The notes under the pieces were generated by a model. That model saw only the letters and a program-made list of their open reading frames with translations. It did no database searches and had not been told where the DNA came from. Shown piece by piece: positions 9,408-19,273 of a stretch of DNA of 64,000 bases. Made by a program: the position numbers and the translations under genes. The stretch is from a virus (Duplodnaviria > Caudoviricetes). Where the stretch lies: IMG/VR virus record IMGVR_UViG_3300046733_000629; one strand, 5' to 3'. How positions within the stretch are numbered: the stretch's first letter is position 1; every line of letters begins with the position of its first letter.

Positions 9408-10505
9408 ATGTATAATTATAAAGACATAACAGAGGTTCACCTTGAAGTTACACAACGTTGTAATGCCGCATGTCCTATGTGTGATAGGAATGAAAATGGT
9501 GGAGCAGTTAATCAACACATCAGAGGAAATGAACAAGAGCTAACGTTAGACGATTGCATTGATGTATTTCCTGCTGACTTTATATCACAATTAAATGTAA
9601 TGTATATGTGTGGTAATTTAGGAGACCCAATTAGTGCTAGAGATACATTAGAAATAATGGAATGGTTTCGTGATTGTAATCCTGATATGTGGTTAAGCAT
9701 GAATACTAATGCTGGTGCTAGAGATGTAGAATGGTGGGCACGACTTGCAAAGATAATAGGTCGTAAAGGTTGTGTTATTTTTAGTGTAGATGGATTAGAG
9801 AACACCAATCATTTATATAGACAGAATGTACGTTGGGAAATTGTAGAGCGTAACATGAAAGCATTTATTGCCGCAGGTGGTAGAGCTAGATGGGACTACT
9901 TGATATTTGAACACAGTGAATGTGATGTAGAACGTGCAGAACAACTTGCCAAAGAATGGGGTGTTGAAAAGTTTATGAAAAAGAAAACAGGACGTTTTAT
10001 AACACAATCAAGTAAAGCAAAACAATCTCATCAAGCAAAGAACCGTAAAGGTAAAGAAACTACTGAACTTAAGAAACCTAAGAAAGCAGAGTATCAAAAT
10101 ACAGCATTGTTAAAACAAAAAGAGATTGAGAAAACATATGGAAGTATGATGGACTATTATAACAAAGCACACATTAGTTGTAAGGTAGCCCAAAAAGAAA
10201 AGAATAAAAGTATGTTTGTAACAGCAGAGGGATTAATTATGCCTTGTTGTTGGACAGCCGGACGTATGTATAAATGGTGGCACGAAGATCCTAAAGTAGA
10301 ACAAGTATGGGATTTTATTGATCGTGCAGGAGGTAAAGATGGAATTAGTGCTAAAGTACATGGCATTGAAGGAGTATTTGCTAGCGGAATAATGAAAGAC
10401 ATACAACGAAGTTGGAGCTTAGATAGCATCAAGAATGGAAAATTAGGAGTTTGTGCTCAGAAGTGTGGCACAGAATTTGACCCGTATGCAGAACAATTCA
10501 AATAA
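9408..10505 (+). CDS. Radical SAM/SPASM-like protein (subfamily A)
   Basis: CNAACPMC, GNLGDP, FSVDGLENTNHLYR, EGLIMPCC...CAQKC. Confidence 0.92.
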   Translation: MYNYKDITEVHLEVTQRCNAACPMCDRNENGGAVNQHIRGNEQELTLDDCIDVFPADFISQLNVMYMCGNLGDPISARDTLEIMEWFRDCNPDMWLSMNTNAGARDVEWWARLAKIIGRKGCVIFSVDGLENTNHLYRQNVRWEIVERNMKAFIAAGGRARWDYLIFEHSECDVERAEQLAKEWGVEKFMKKKTGRFITQSSKAKQSHQAKNRKGKETTELKKPKKAEYQNTALLKQKEIEKTYGSMMDYYNKAHISCKVAQKEKNKSMFVTAEGLIMPCCWTAGRMYKWWHEDPKVEQVWDFIDRAGGKDGISAKVHGIEGVFASGIMKDIQRSWSLDSIKNGKLGVCAQKCGTEFDPYAEQFK

Positions 10506-11670
10506 AAAACCAGCATGTTATGCACCTTGGATAACAACATATGAAAGTGCTTTAGGTAAGATTAACCCATGCTGTGATGCAAAGGGTTGGTTAATACCTA
10601 ACAAAGAGAAAAAAAGTCTTACATTTGAAGAACGATGGAATGACCCAGAAATGGTTAAGTTCAGAGAAACCTTAATGACTGGAGAACTTCCTGATAATTG
10701 TGGTAACTGTTTACATAATGAAAAGAATGGTGCTAGATCTTTAAGAGAAGAATATAATGACTTTGAAGAACATGTAGAATTAGATAAGTTTAAACTAGTA
10801 CATATGGATTATAGAGAAAGTAATATATGTAATATGAGTTGTAAAATGTGTGGACATGATTTAAGTAGTACACACGCATTGTCACAAGGTATGTATGGTA
10901 AGACTGGTATAATGAACAATCCAACAAATCCACAAATATATCTTGATAACTTAGAAAATTTAAGAAGTATTAATTTTGCAGGCGGTGAACCAGCATTAAT
11001 GGATTCATTTTATGATGTACTTAATGCTATTATTGATAGAGATTTACAAAAGAATATTGATGTAAGTCTTGTAACAAATGGTTCAGTTATTATGAAAAAT
11101 AATGATAATTGGATAGAAAAAATAACACAAGGTGGATTTAAGGCTGCAAACATTGCAGTGAGTGTTGATTGCATGGAAGATGCTCATAACTATTGGCGTC
11201 AGAAGAATACTTGGAAATCAGTACATAATACATTAGAATATATGATAAAATGTAGACAAGAAGGAATGTGTGATCCAGGTGTAAGATTATCTGTCAGAGC
11301 CGCAATAGGTTGGCCAAATGCTTATGCGGCTAAGGACGTGTTTGATACATATACTAACCAAGTAGATCATATTAGACATAATTTTGTTAACAACCCAAAC
11401 TGGTTATCAATTGATATGTTACCTATAAAACATATAAAAGCATTAATTGAACACTGGGCAGATTATCCTTTTATACAAAAAGCATTCAGTAAACTAAATG
11501 AACCATCTGTTGATCATACTAAAGAGATCGCAATGAAGAAGTGGAAAAGAAACAACGAACTGTTAGACAACTACAACAGAGATATGACCTTTGCTGATGC
11601 TTTTCCTGAATTTGCAGAATTCTATAATTCAATTATCGTTCCTAAAACAGGAAAATTACAAAGAGGTTGA
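10486..11670 (+). CDS. Radical SAM protein with N-terminal twitch-like Cys domain (subfamily B)
   Basis: CYAPW...PCC...C.NC, then SNICNMSCKMC and NFAGGEP; likely start at ATG 10486. Confidence 0.9.
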   Translation: MQNNSNKKPACYAPWITTYESALGKINPCCDAKGWLIPNKEKKSLTFEERWNDPEMVKFRETLMTGELPDNCGNCLHNEKNGARSLREEYNDFEEHVELDKFKLVHMDYRESNICNMSCKMCGHDLSSTHALSQGMYGKTGIMNNPTNPQIYLDNLENLRSINFAGGEPALMDSFYDVLNAIIDRDLQKNIDVSLVTNGSVIMKNNDNWIEKITQGGFKAANIAVSVDCMEDAHNYWRQKNTWKSVHNTLEYMIKCRQEGMCDPGVRLSVRAAIGWPNAYAAKDVFDTYTNQVDHIRHNFVNNPNWLSIDMLPIKHIKALIEHWADYPFIQKAFSKLNEPSVDHTKEIAMKKWKRNNELLDNYNRDMTFADAFPEFAEFYNSIIVPKTGKLQRG

Positions 11671-11695
11671 CAAATACTCTATAATTTGTTATAAT
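11667..11695 (+). promoter_or_regulatory. Perfect sigma70 promoter with extended -10
   Basis: TTGACA-17-TATAAT with TG at 11687-11688; the TGA of the -35 is the upstream stop codon. Confidence 0.9.
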
Positions 11696-11732
11696 ACGTA
11701 TATATTAACACAAAACTAAGGATAAATCAAAG

Positions 11733-12188
11733 GTGATTAACGACTTAGGACTACAAGACCAACTGTTGGTCGATGACTATGAACAATGGGATGCATATTA
11801 TAATCATATGCTCACTAAGTTCTATGTTGAAAAGTTAGCAAAGCAGTGCGTTCAATTTGGCAAAGAATTTCCACGCAATGTTGACTGGTCTTCATTACAC
11901 ACAGATAAATTTGTAATGACAAAAAACAAAACACCAGGAACAATGGGTGTTAACTTTAGTGCCACACACTTTGTAGAAGATACTTACTACAACATCTCAA
12001 AATACATATTTAATAATACAGTTTATGCTGACAAGCTACAAGACTATCTAGTGCAAAACAAAAGATCAAAGATAAAACCTTTTGCTATGCAATACCTTAT
12101 AGGAGCAATTGAAGCTGAAAATAAAACTACGTTCATTGCATGCTATGATAAAATTAAACAAATTGAATGGAAAGAGAGTAACTGGTAA
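11733..12188 (+). CDS. Hypothetical protein
   Basis: 151-aa ORF with GTG start just downstream of a consensus promoter. Confidence 0.65.
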   Translation: MINDLGLQDQLLVDDYEQWDAYYNHMLTKFYVEKLAKQCVQFGKEFPRNVDWSSLHTDKFVMTKNKTPGTMGVNFSATHFVEDTYYNISKYIFNNTVYADKLQDYLVQNKRSKIKPFAMQYLIGAIEAENKTTFIACYDKIKQIEWKESNW

Positions 12189-12445
12189 TGCCTAGACCTA
12201 CACAACGATTTCTTAAACCAACATCATTCAAGCCTAAAGGTTCTGTGTTTGAAGGACTGATATGGAAACAACCTAATTCAAAAGGTACTGATACATATGA
12301 TGTAGAATGTACTGAAAAAGGATTTACATGTGATTGTCCAGGATTTACTTTTCGAGGCAAATGTAAACATAGTTTAGAAGTTTTAACAAGAGTAGAGACA
12401 GCATTGGATGATAAACATCCTCAGTACCGTTGGGAGTTAACATGA
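12188..12445 (+). CDS. SWIM zinc-finger protein
   Basis: YDVECTEKGFTCDCPGFTFRGKCKH (CxC...CxH). Confidence 0.8.
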   Translation: MPRPTQRFLKPTSFKPKGSVFEGLIWKQPNSKGTDTYDVECTEKGFTCDCPGFTFRGKCKHSLEVLTRVETALDDKHPQYRWELT

Positions 12446-12981
12446 CAACACATGCAATGATTGATTTAGAAACACTTGGTACTGGTCCAGATTGTGTAGT
12501 ACTAACTATTGGTGGTGTTAAATTTAATCCAAATTCTATAAGTGAACATTGGGATCCATTGTATTATAAATTTAATGTAGACGAGCAGTTAGACAAAGGC
12601 AGAACTACATTAGAAAGTACTCTTGAATGGTGGGGTAAGCAAGAAGAAAGTGTACGTGAAGAAGCATTAGGTGATGACAATCGTACACCTGTATTAGAAG
12701 TATTACAAGCATTGAATAAATGGTGCGTTGGTGCTGATACAATATGGTGCCAAGGACCAGCATTTGATATATGTATACTAGAAAACTTATTAAAACAATA
12801 CAATCATCATACACCTTGGCCATTTTGGAAGATACGTGATAGTAGAACATTATTTGGTATCATGCCAAAAGATCCACGCAAAGCAATAAAATTTAATGCA
12901 CACAATGCACTCGAAGATTGTAAAGTACAGGCATTATGTGTTCAACAAACAATAAAAGATTTGGGTTTAACTATACGGTAA
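12442..12981 (+). CDS. DEDDh 3'-5' exonuclease (RNase AS / Rv2179c-like)
   Basis: MIDLETLG, IWCQGPAFDI, RDSRT, HNALEDC. Confidence 0.85.
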   Translation: MTTHAMIDLETLGTGPDCVVLTIGGVKFNPNSISEHWDPLYYKFNVDEQLDKGRTTLESTLEWWGKQEESVREEALGDDNRTPVLEVLQALNKWCVGADTIWCQGPAFDICILENLLKQYNHHTPWPFWKIRDSRTLFGIMPKDPRKAIKFNAHNALEDCKVQALCVQQTIKDLGLTIR

Positions 12982-13004
12982 CCCAATAGTAAGAAGTCAT
13001 GGTA

Positions 13005-13060
13005 TTAGAAAAAGTCAATTTTAAACTCATTATATGTAAGTTTTTGTTGACTTTTTCTAA
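13005..13060. repeat. Perfect 14-bp inverted repeat with a 28-nt spacer; the right arm contains the -35 box
   Basis: TTAGAAAAAGTCAA at 13005-13018 and TTGACTTTTTCTAA at 13047-13060. Confidence 0.85.
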
Positions 13061-13075
13061 ATACTATTATACAAT
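13047..13075 (+). promoter_or_regulatory. sigma70-type promoter, followed by a TAAATA at 13095-13100
   Basis: TTGACT-17-TACAAT. Confidence 0.7.
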
Positions 13076-13112
13076 AATAAACATTAATAGATTCTAAATA
13101 GGAGAATAAAAT

Positions 13113-13862
13113 ATGAGTACTCGAGATATTGTGCAAGACATTGTCAAGCACACAGCCGGACTAGGCTTTATTACATCAGTAAAAGTCACAGGAACTAATG
13201 AAGAAACAACACTTGATGCAATGGATGCAGATCGTACAGTGATTCTACAAGCAAAATTACACAATGCAGTTGATGATTTCAATGGTGAGTTTGGTCTAGG
13301 TAACTTAGGTTTCTTAGCAGGCATTACTTCATTAGGAAATTATCAAACAGATGATTCTACAGTAGAAGTAGTAACACGTGAACGTAATGGAGTAACAGTT
13401 CCAGATCATTTGATGTTTAAAGATGTAGAAGGTAATACAGATCAGTATCGCTTTATGTCAAAAGAAATCATTGAACAAACATTACAAACTGTAAAGTTTA
13501 AAGGTGTTGAATGGGATGTAACATTTGAACCAACAAAAGCAAAAGTAAATGAGCTACAACAAGTAGCAGGTATTTACGGAGGCATCGAACCTAACTTTAC
13601 TGTCAAGACAGTAGATGGTAATTTAGTTATTACTGTAGGCGCACAAGATGGTAGCTTCACAGGTAAACGTACATTCGCACAAAATGTAAATGGTGAGATT
13701 ACAGAAGGCTATGCATGGCCACTTAACCAAGTACTAGCAATCCTAAAACTAGGAATGTCAGGTGCATGTGTAATGCAAATTAGTAAAAAAGGTGCATTGC
13801 TTATTTCAGTTGATTCAGGCATTGGCAAATACGATTATATTTTACCAGCACTAACAGTATAG
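13113..13862 (+). CDS. Probable DNA sliding clamp (gp45/PCNA-like)
   Basis: 249 aa (PCNA-like size), two beta-rich halves, AMDADRTV near the N-terminus and C-terminal YDYILPA. Fold inferred, not searched. Confidence 0.5.
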   Translation: MSTRDIVQDIVKHTAGLGFITSVKVTGTNEETTLDAMDADRTVILQAKLHNAVDDFNGEFGLGNLGFLAGITSLGNYQTDDSTVEVVTRERNGVTVPDHLMFKDVEGNTDQYRFMSKEIIEQTLQTVKFKGVEWDVTFEPTKAKVNELQQVAGIYGGIEPNFTVKTVDGNLVITVGAQDGSFTGKRTFAQNVNGEITEGYAWPLNQVLAILKLGMSGACVMQISKKGALLISVDSGIGKYDYILPALTV

Positions 13863-13872
13863 AGAATAGAAT

Positions 13873-15372
13873 ATGGCAGATAGAAAAGACTTAACAACTA
13901 GTAATAAAGACTACAGTGTATTCTTACCGAGTATCAGTAGCTTTTATTCTAAGTTTATAGCACAAGCACAAATGCGTCCAGACTTTGTTAAGCCTGAACG
14001 TATGCCTGCAGGCTTTGAATATGGTATTGATGGCTTTGACTTTTTAAAGCCTAAAGACAATTACTATAATTACAAATGGGGTCTTTACTCTGCCGGGCAT
14101 GCTACTCGAGATACTGCTAAGAGTGATGTACAGGAACCAATGATTCAAAAGCGAGACAGGGAGAATAGTTTTATCCTTGGCGACAGTGGTGGGTTCCAGA
14201 TTGCTACAGGTGTAATCAAATGTGATTGGCCTAACTTTAAAACAGATGATGATCTGCGTAAGACAATTCTTAACTGGTTGGAACATACAGCAGATTATAG
14301 TATGGTATTAGATATTCCTACATTGGCTGCGGCACCACCGCTTAATGCTAAGACAGGATTAACTAATTGGGTTGATTGTTTAGAATATACAATGTTCAAT
14401 AATGATTACTTTGTTCGTAACAGACAAGGTAAAACTAAGTTCTTAAATGTATTACAAGGTAACAACGAGCAACAAGCAGATGATTGGTATGGTGCAGTTA
14501 AGCATTATCCATTTGAAGGTTGGGCTATGGCTGGTTACAATATGAAGCAATTACATCTTGCATTACGTAGACTTATTGTAATGCGTGATGAGAAGATGCT
14601 TGACCCAGGTAGAGATCTAATACACTACTTAGGTACAAGTAAATTAAATTGGTCGTGTATCTTTACTGCAATACAACGTAACATTAGAGAAACTATTAAT
14701 CCTAATATGATGGTAACATATGATGCCGCTAGTCCGTTTATTACAACGGCTAAAGGTCAAGCATATACACAACATGTACATAGGAACAATAAGTTTAGTT
14801 ATGTTATGGAACAGGCAGTAGATGATAAACGTTTCCAACACAGTGACATTCCTTTCCCATTTAATAGTCCAATTGGTGAACGTATGAATATGGGAGACTT
14901 ATGTTACATGGGTCCAGGTATGTTAAACAAACTTGGAAAAGAAGGCAAGACTAGTTGGGATAGTTTCTCATACTTCTTGTTAATGGCACACAATGTTTAT
15001 CAACACATTGAAGCATGTCAACGTGCTAATACACTTGCTGACATTGCAACAACCAGGTACAAGCCAAGTCACTTAGAATGGAATAAAGTGAAACCTGGAC
15101 AAAGTGAATTTGATTTATGGGTTCCACGTGATGTAATTTATGTTACAGAATTTATAAATCAATTATTTAAAAGTGAAACACCTATGCAAATGCTAGAAGA
15201 AGGTGAAGCAATGCTAACACACTTCAGTGGTATGAAAACTATTAAAACAACACAAGGTGCTTTTGATAGTTTATTTGACTCAGGTGATAATGCTCAAGAA
15301 GAAAGCGATGGCGAATTTACAGCTGAACAGGCTGAAGCGGCAGAAGATTTCTTAGAGCACCTAGAACAGTAA
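13873..15372 (+). CDS. dpdA: TGT-like 7-deazaguanine transglycosylase (DpdA-like)
   Basis: ILGDSGGFQ (TGT catalytic Asp motif), HYLGTS and YDAASP (second catalytic Asp region); lies next to QueD-like and folE genes. Confidence 0.75.
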   Translation: MADRKDLTTSNKDYSVFLPSISSFYSKFIAQAQMRPDFVKPERMPAGFEYGIDGFDFLKPKDNYYNYKWGLYSAGHATRDTAKSDVQEPMIQKRDRENSFILGDSGGFQIATGVIKCDWPNFKTDDDLRKTILNWLEHTADYSMVLDIPTLAAAPPLNAKTGLTNWVDCLEYTMFNNDYFVRNRQGKTKFLNVLQGNNEQQADDWYGAVKHYPFEGWAMAGYNMKQLHLALRRLIVMRDEKMLDPGRDLIHYLGTSKLNWSCIFTAIQRNIRETINPNMMVTYDAASPFITTAKGQAYTQHVHRNNKFSYVMEQAVDDKRFQHSDIPFPFNSPIGERMNMGDLCYMGPGMLNKLGKEGKTSWDSFSYFLLMAHNVYQHIEACQRANTLADIATTRYKPSHLEWNKVKPGQSEFDLWVPRDVIYVTEFINQLFKSETPMQMLEEGEAMLTHFSGMKTIKTTQGAFDSLFDSGDNAQEESDGEFTAEQAEAAEDFLEHLEQ

Positions 15373-15385
15373 ATGGAGGAACGTT

Positions 15386-15589
15386 ATGGGAACAGGTACA
15401 ATTAATAGTAAAAAAAGATATCTAAATAACTTAACAACCAAACATAGAATGCTTGACAAAGAAATAAATGTGTTATATAATAATCACAGTAGCGATGATA
15501 TTGTTAAAGCAAAGAAACAAGAAAAGTTACAATTGAAAGAAGCAATTGTTGCTATGGAAAATGAACTAAATCAAATAAGTAAACACTAA
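15386..15589 (+). CDS. DUF465/YdcH-like small coiled-coil protein
   Basis: LTTKHRMLDKEI...KKQEKLQLKEAI. Confidence 0.7.
   Translation: MGTGTINSKKRYLNNLTTKHRMLDKEINVLYNNHSSDDIVKAKKQEKLQLKEAIVAMENELNQISKH
15453..15481 (+). promoter_or_regulatory. Perfect sigma70 promoter embedded in the DUF465-like CDS
   Basis: TTGACA-17-TATAAT, oriented toward 15605 and the queD-like gene. Confidence 0.75.
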
Positions 15590-15604
15590 CTAGGTAATAT
15601 AGTA

Positions 15605-16135
15605 ATGAAAAGAGATTATACATCAAGCAATGACGTAACTGGCGTAACGTTCTTTGTCGGAACAGAAATTGAACATACTCCTACTTTTGGTATGAAAACA
15701 CTATTTGTAGTTGGTATGCAAGATATAGATGAAGTTAAAGAAATGGCAGAACGTAATGAAGTTGATGCTATCTATTTAGGTGCTAATCAAAGTTTTGAGA
15801 TTACTGGAGAACATGGAACTGATGCTGAACAAGAAGGTTGGGATGCATTAGTTAAGGGTTTGGTTACAGACTATTATGTAACATTAGACTTTGATTTAGA
15901 AGATGTTGATTGGATCCAAGAAAGTGGATACACTGAATATAATAATTTTATCCCAATGGTATCTGTTAAGGTTCCATACATTGAACAGTTGGGATATAAT
16001 ACTTGTATTAAATTTGATGATATTGATTTTAATGCAACAAATAAAGGAGTATGGACACACCGTCTACATTCTTTAATGGACCCTAAGAAGTTCACAAATT
16101 GGAACCAATACAAACAAGACGAAATAATTGAATAG
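15605..16135 (+). CDS. Hypothetical protein in the deazaguanine cluster
   Basis: 176-aa ORF with FFVGTEIEHTP and IYLGANQSF motifs. Confidence 0.75.
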   Translation: MKRDYTSSNDVTGVTFFVGTEIEHTPTFGMKTLFVVGMQDIDEVKEMAERNEVDAIYLGANQSFEITGEHGTDAEQEGWDALVKGLVTDYYVTLDFDLEDVDWIQESGYTEYNNFIPMVSVKVPYIEQLGYNTCIKFDDIDFNATNKGVWTHRLHSLMDPKKFTNWNQYKQDEIIE

Positions 16136-16146
16136 GAGAATATACA

Positions 16147-16341
16147 ATGCCAAAGAAAATTCGTTTAATGGATGATGCAACAGCAACAGCAACGGCTGAA
16201 GCACCAGCAACTACAACAGAAGCAGGTGCAGGCTCTGTTGATAAACAAACAGTTGATGCACTAATGAAGTATCTTGAAGCTATTGATTGGAAGCTATGGG
16301 AAATGCTTAAAATCATGAAAGCCGATCAAGAAAGTAAGTAA
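16147..16341 (+). CDS. Small hypothetical protein
   Basis: SD aggag; Ala/Thr-rich N-terminal part, then YLEAIDWKLWEM. Confidence 0.65.
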   Translation: MPKKIRLMDDATATATAEAPATTTEAGAGSVDKQTVDALMKYLEAIDWKLWEMLKIMKADQESK

Positions 16342-16342
16342 C

Positions 16343-16735
16343 ATGATTAATGTAACACAACGGCAAATCTGGGTAACATTTAGTAAGGAAGGTGTACACT
16401 TGTATCCTGCCGCTATTGATGATCCAGCACTAGCCACAGGTAAGTGGGATGACGTGTCATTCTTAGGATATGCACACAGACATATCTTTCACTTTAAAGT
16501 AGCAATTGATGTGTTCCATGATGACAGAGATATTGAATTTATTCAATTCAAACGTTGGTTGGAATCACTATATGCTAACAGCACATTAGAACTAAATCAT
16601 CGTAGTTGTGAGATGATAGCAGAGGAATTAGCACAGGAAATACACAACAAGTATCCTAATCGTTCAATTACAATTTCAGTCGCAGAGGATAATGAGAACG
16701 GTGCGACAATGACATTTAACCCAACAGAAGGATAA
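16343..16735 (+). CDS. queD: QueD-like T-fold protein (6-carboxy-5,6,7,8-tetrahydropterin synthase-like)
   Basis: H, HRH, IEF and SCEMIAE pattern typical of phage QueD-like proteins. Confidence 0.7.
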   Translation: MINVTQRQIWVTFSKEGVHLYPAAIDDPALATGKWDDVSFLGYAHRHIFHFKVAIDVFHDDRDIEFIQFKRWLESLYANSTLELNHRSCEMIAEELAQEIHNKYPNRSITISVAEDNENGATMTFNPTEG

Positions 16736-16739
16736 CGTA

Positions 16740-17099
16740 ATGTCTACAATTAAAAACGACAATAGCGTTTCAGTAAATTATTTTAAACTGGCTGGCTATT
16801 ATAACATCAATGATATTAAGTATGACCTACTTAAAATTATTGCTCCATATGATGGATACATGTATAATGAGAAAGAAACAGACAAACTCATTAGTGTATT
16901 TAACTCTTACTTGGGAGACCTTAAAAAGAGTTATAAAATCTTTAGTTATGATATTCAGACTACTGAAAAAGAAAATGCATTTACTTTTGATATTCAAATC
17001 AAAATGCAAAAAGACCGTAGCCCTAAGAAGCTAAAAATCCACGTAGGTAAACTTTGGTACGAAGTTAACAAAGCCAAAGAAGCGAGTGAGAATGCGTAA
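16740..17099 (+). CDS. Hypothetical protein
   Basis: 119-aa ORF in the operon. Confidence 0.65.
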   Translation: MSTIKNDNSVSVNYFKLAGYYNINDIKYDLLKIIAPYDGYMYNEKETDKLISVFNSYLGDLKKSYKIFSYDIQTTEKENAFTFDIQIKMQKDRSPKKLKIHVGKLWYEVNKAKEASENA

Positions 17100-18309
17100 G
17101 CTATTCTACATGGGCTTAGAACCTTATGAAGGTCGTTACACACTACAGTTACAAGACTGGAGTGAAGCGGCTTTTAAAAAACGTGGCATCGAATATGTAG
17201 TTGTTCCAGGCACTACAATCGATAATACTAAATCAATTAGTGTAGGGCAAGTACTAGATGCACATGGTAGATCATACTTTGGTATGAGTCAACTTATGAA
17301 CTTAGTACAAATGATGCGTAATGGTGAATGTAGCGGAGAAGATGTAGTATTCTTTGAAGATATGTTCCAACCTGGTATTGAAAGTTTACCATACATTATG
17401 TGTCAAGTTCCAGAAGAACAACGACCAAAGATTTATTTACGTTGTTTAGCACAAGCAGTAGACCCAGATGACTTTGTTCATGTATGGGGTATGAGCAAGT
17501 GGATGTCTTTATACGAACAAATGTGTAATGAGATTCCTAATGTACATATTCTTGCAACTAATGAAGAAATGGTTGCACATATGCGTATTGCTAATTGGAA
17601 TGCACCAATCTACAACATATCTGGTTTGAGCTTTGGCAAAGAAGAAGTTCAAAGTCGTGTTGATAATAAAATTAAGCCATGGGAAGAACGTAGCAACAGA
17701 GTAGTATTTGCGGCACGTTTTGATCAAGAGAAGCAACCAGACTTCTTTATGGATGTTATCGAAATGGTACACGAAAGAACTAAATCTTTTGATAGAGATG
17801 ACTTAACAGATAAAATTTATCCTGTAGAGTTTGCAGTACTAAGTGGAGGACCTTTACGTAGTAATAATCAAAAGTATTTAGATAGAGCTTTACAAATGGA
17901 AGCAGAAGGTAAACTTACAATTCTAAAAGATTTACAGAAGAATGATTACTATAATGTAGTTAATGATTCTAAAGTAATGTTTAATTGTGCATTGCAAGAC
18001 TGGGTATCTAATACAGTAAGTGAAGCAGATGCATTAGGTTGTAACGTAGTTTATCCTGCATACAGAAGTTTTCCAGAAACGTTTGCAAACGATCATACTA
18101 GACTTTACATGCCATGGAGTAAAGAAGATGCAGTAAGTAAAATCTTAGCAGGACTTGAAGCACCTTCTAACAACATGGGTAAGATTAGTGATTGGACAAA
18201 CGGAACTATCGATCGTATGATTGATATTATGGAAGGCAGTTATAAACATAACCAATGGTTACGTAGTGGTAACAGATATCGTGATCACGTAGCTAAGGAG
18301 AAATATTAA
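17092..18309 (+). CDS. GT-B fold glycosyltransferase
   Basis: VVFAARFDQEKQP, Y...KVMFNCALQDWVSNTVSEADALGC..VYP...SFPE (GT-B C-terminal domain signature). Confidence 0.8.
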   Translation: MRKLFYMGLEPYEGRYTLQLQDWSEAAFKKRGIEYVVVPGTTIDNTKSISVGQVLDAHGRSYFGMSQLMNLVQMMRNGECSGEDVVFFEDMFQPGIESLPYIMCQVPEEQRPKIYLRCLAQAVDPDDFVHVWGMSKWMSLYEQMCNEIPNVHILATNEEMVAHMRIANWNAPIYNISGLSFGKEEVQSRVDNKIKPWEERSNRVVFAARFDQEKQPDFFMDVIEMVHERTKSFDRDDLTDKIYPVEFAVLSGGPLRSNNQKYLDRALQMEAEGKLTILKDLQKNDYYNVVNDSKVMFNCALQDWVSNTVSEADALGCNVVYPAYRSFPETFANDHTRLYMPWSKEDAVSKILAGLEAPSNNMGKISDWTNGTIDRMIDIMEGSYKHNQWLRSGNRYRDHVAKEKY

Positions 18310-18310
18310 T

Positions 18311-19273
18311 ATGAAAGTACTAGTAACAGGAGCAGGTGGATATATTGGTTCACAAACATGTAAGACATTATATAACAAAGGATATCATGTCGTAGGTGTT
18401 GATAGAAACAGGATTAAACATAGCTATTGTAAAACTGTTTATTCAGGAAATTACAGTGACTACGCCGTGCAAGCGTTACTACTTGATATTGATTGCGTAG
18501 TTCATATTGGAGCAACCAGTTTAGTTGGACCTAGTGTTTTAGACCCTAGTAAGTACTATAACAACAATGTTGCAAGTACACTTGAACTACTTGATGCATG
18601 TAAAAATCAAGGCGTTAATCGTTTTGTTTTTGCAAGCAGTGCGGCAACTTATGGTGAGCCAGAGGAAGATGTATGTAATGAAAAAGAAATACATGAACCT
18701 GTAAACCCATATGGTTGGAGCAAACGTATGACTGAGATTATGTTAAAAGATTATGCAACTGCATATGGAATTAACAGTGTCAGTTTACGTTTCTTTAACG
18801 TAGCTGGTGCAGACTTAGATGGTGAGTTTGGACAAGAAAAAGCGGCTACACATATTATTGCTAAACTTATGGAAATGACTATGGCTGGCAAAGACTTTAC
18901 ATTAAATGGAGATAGTTTTAATACACCAGACGGAACTTGTGTTAGAGATTATGTACATGTAGATGATGTAGCACGTGGTATAGCTATGGCAGTAGACTTC
19001 ACACAATTTAAAAATGATGCTTATGTATTTAACTTAGGCAACGGTGAAGGATACAGTAACATGGATATTGTAAAAGCAGTTGAAGATCATACACCATTAA
19101 AACCTGTTATTCATACAGGACCTGCTAGAGCAGGAGATCCTGCAAAGCTAGTAGCAGATAGTGAACTAGCAAATAAACTATTGCAATGGAAGCCAAACTA
19201 TGGACTTGACACAATAGTTAAGACAGCATACAATTATTATTTAAAAACAAATAAAACGACATCCTCGTCGTAA
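18311..19273 (+). CDS. galE: UDP-glucose 4-epimerase
   Basis: VLVTGAGGYIGS, FASSAATYG, YGWSK (YxxxK), LRFFNVAG, GTCVRDYVHV, RAGDP. Confidence 0.9.
   Translation: MKVLVTGAGGYIGSQTCKTLYNKGYHVVGVDRNRIKHSYCKTVYSGNYSDYAVQALLLDIDCVVHIGATSLVGPSVLDPSKYYNNNVASTLELLDACKNQGVNRFVFASSAATYGEPEEDVCNEKEIHEPVNPYGWSKRMTEIMLKDYATAYGINSVSLRFFNVAGADLDGEFGQEKAATHIIAKLMEMTMAGKDFTLNGDSFNTPDGTCVRDYVHVDDVARGIAMAVDFTQFKNDAYVFNLGNGEGYSNMDIVKAVEDHTPLKPVIHTGPARAGDPAKLVADSELANKLLQWKPNYGLDTIVKTAYNYYLKTNKTTSSS
19206..19234 (+). promoter_or_regulatory. sigma70 promoter embedded in the galE 3' end, upstream of folE
   Basis: TTGACA-17-TACAAT. Confidence 0.65.
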
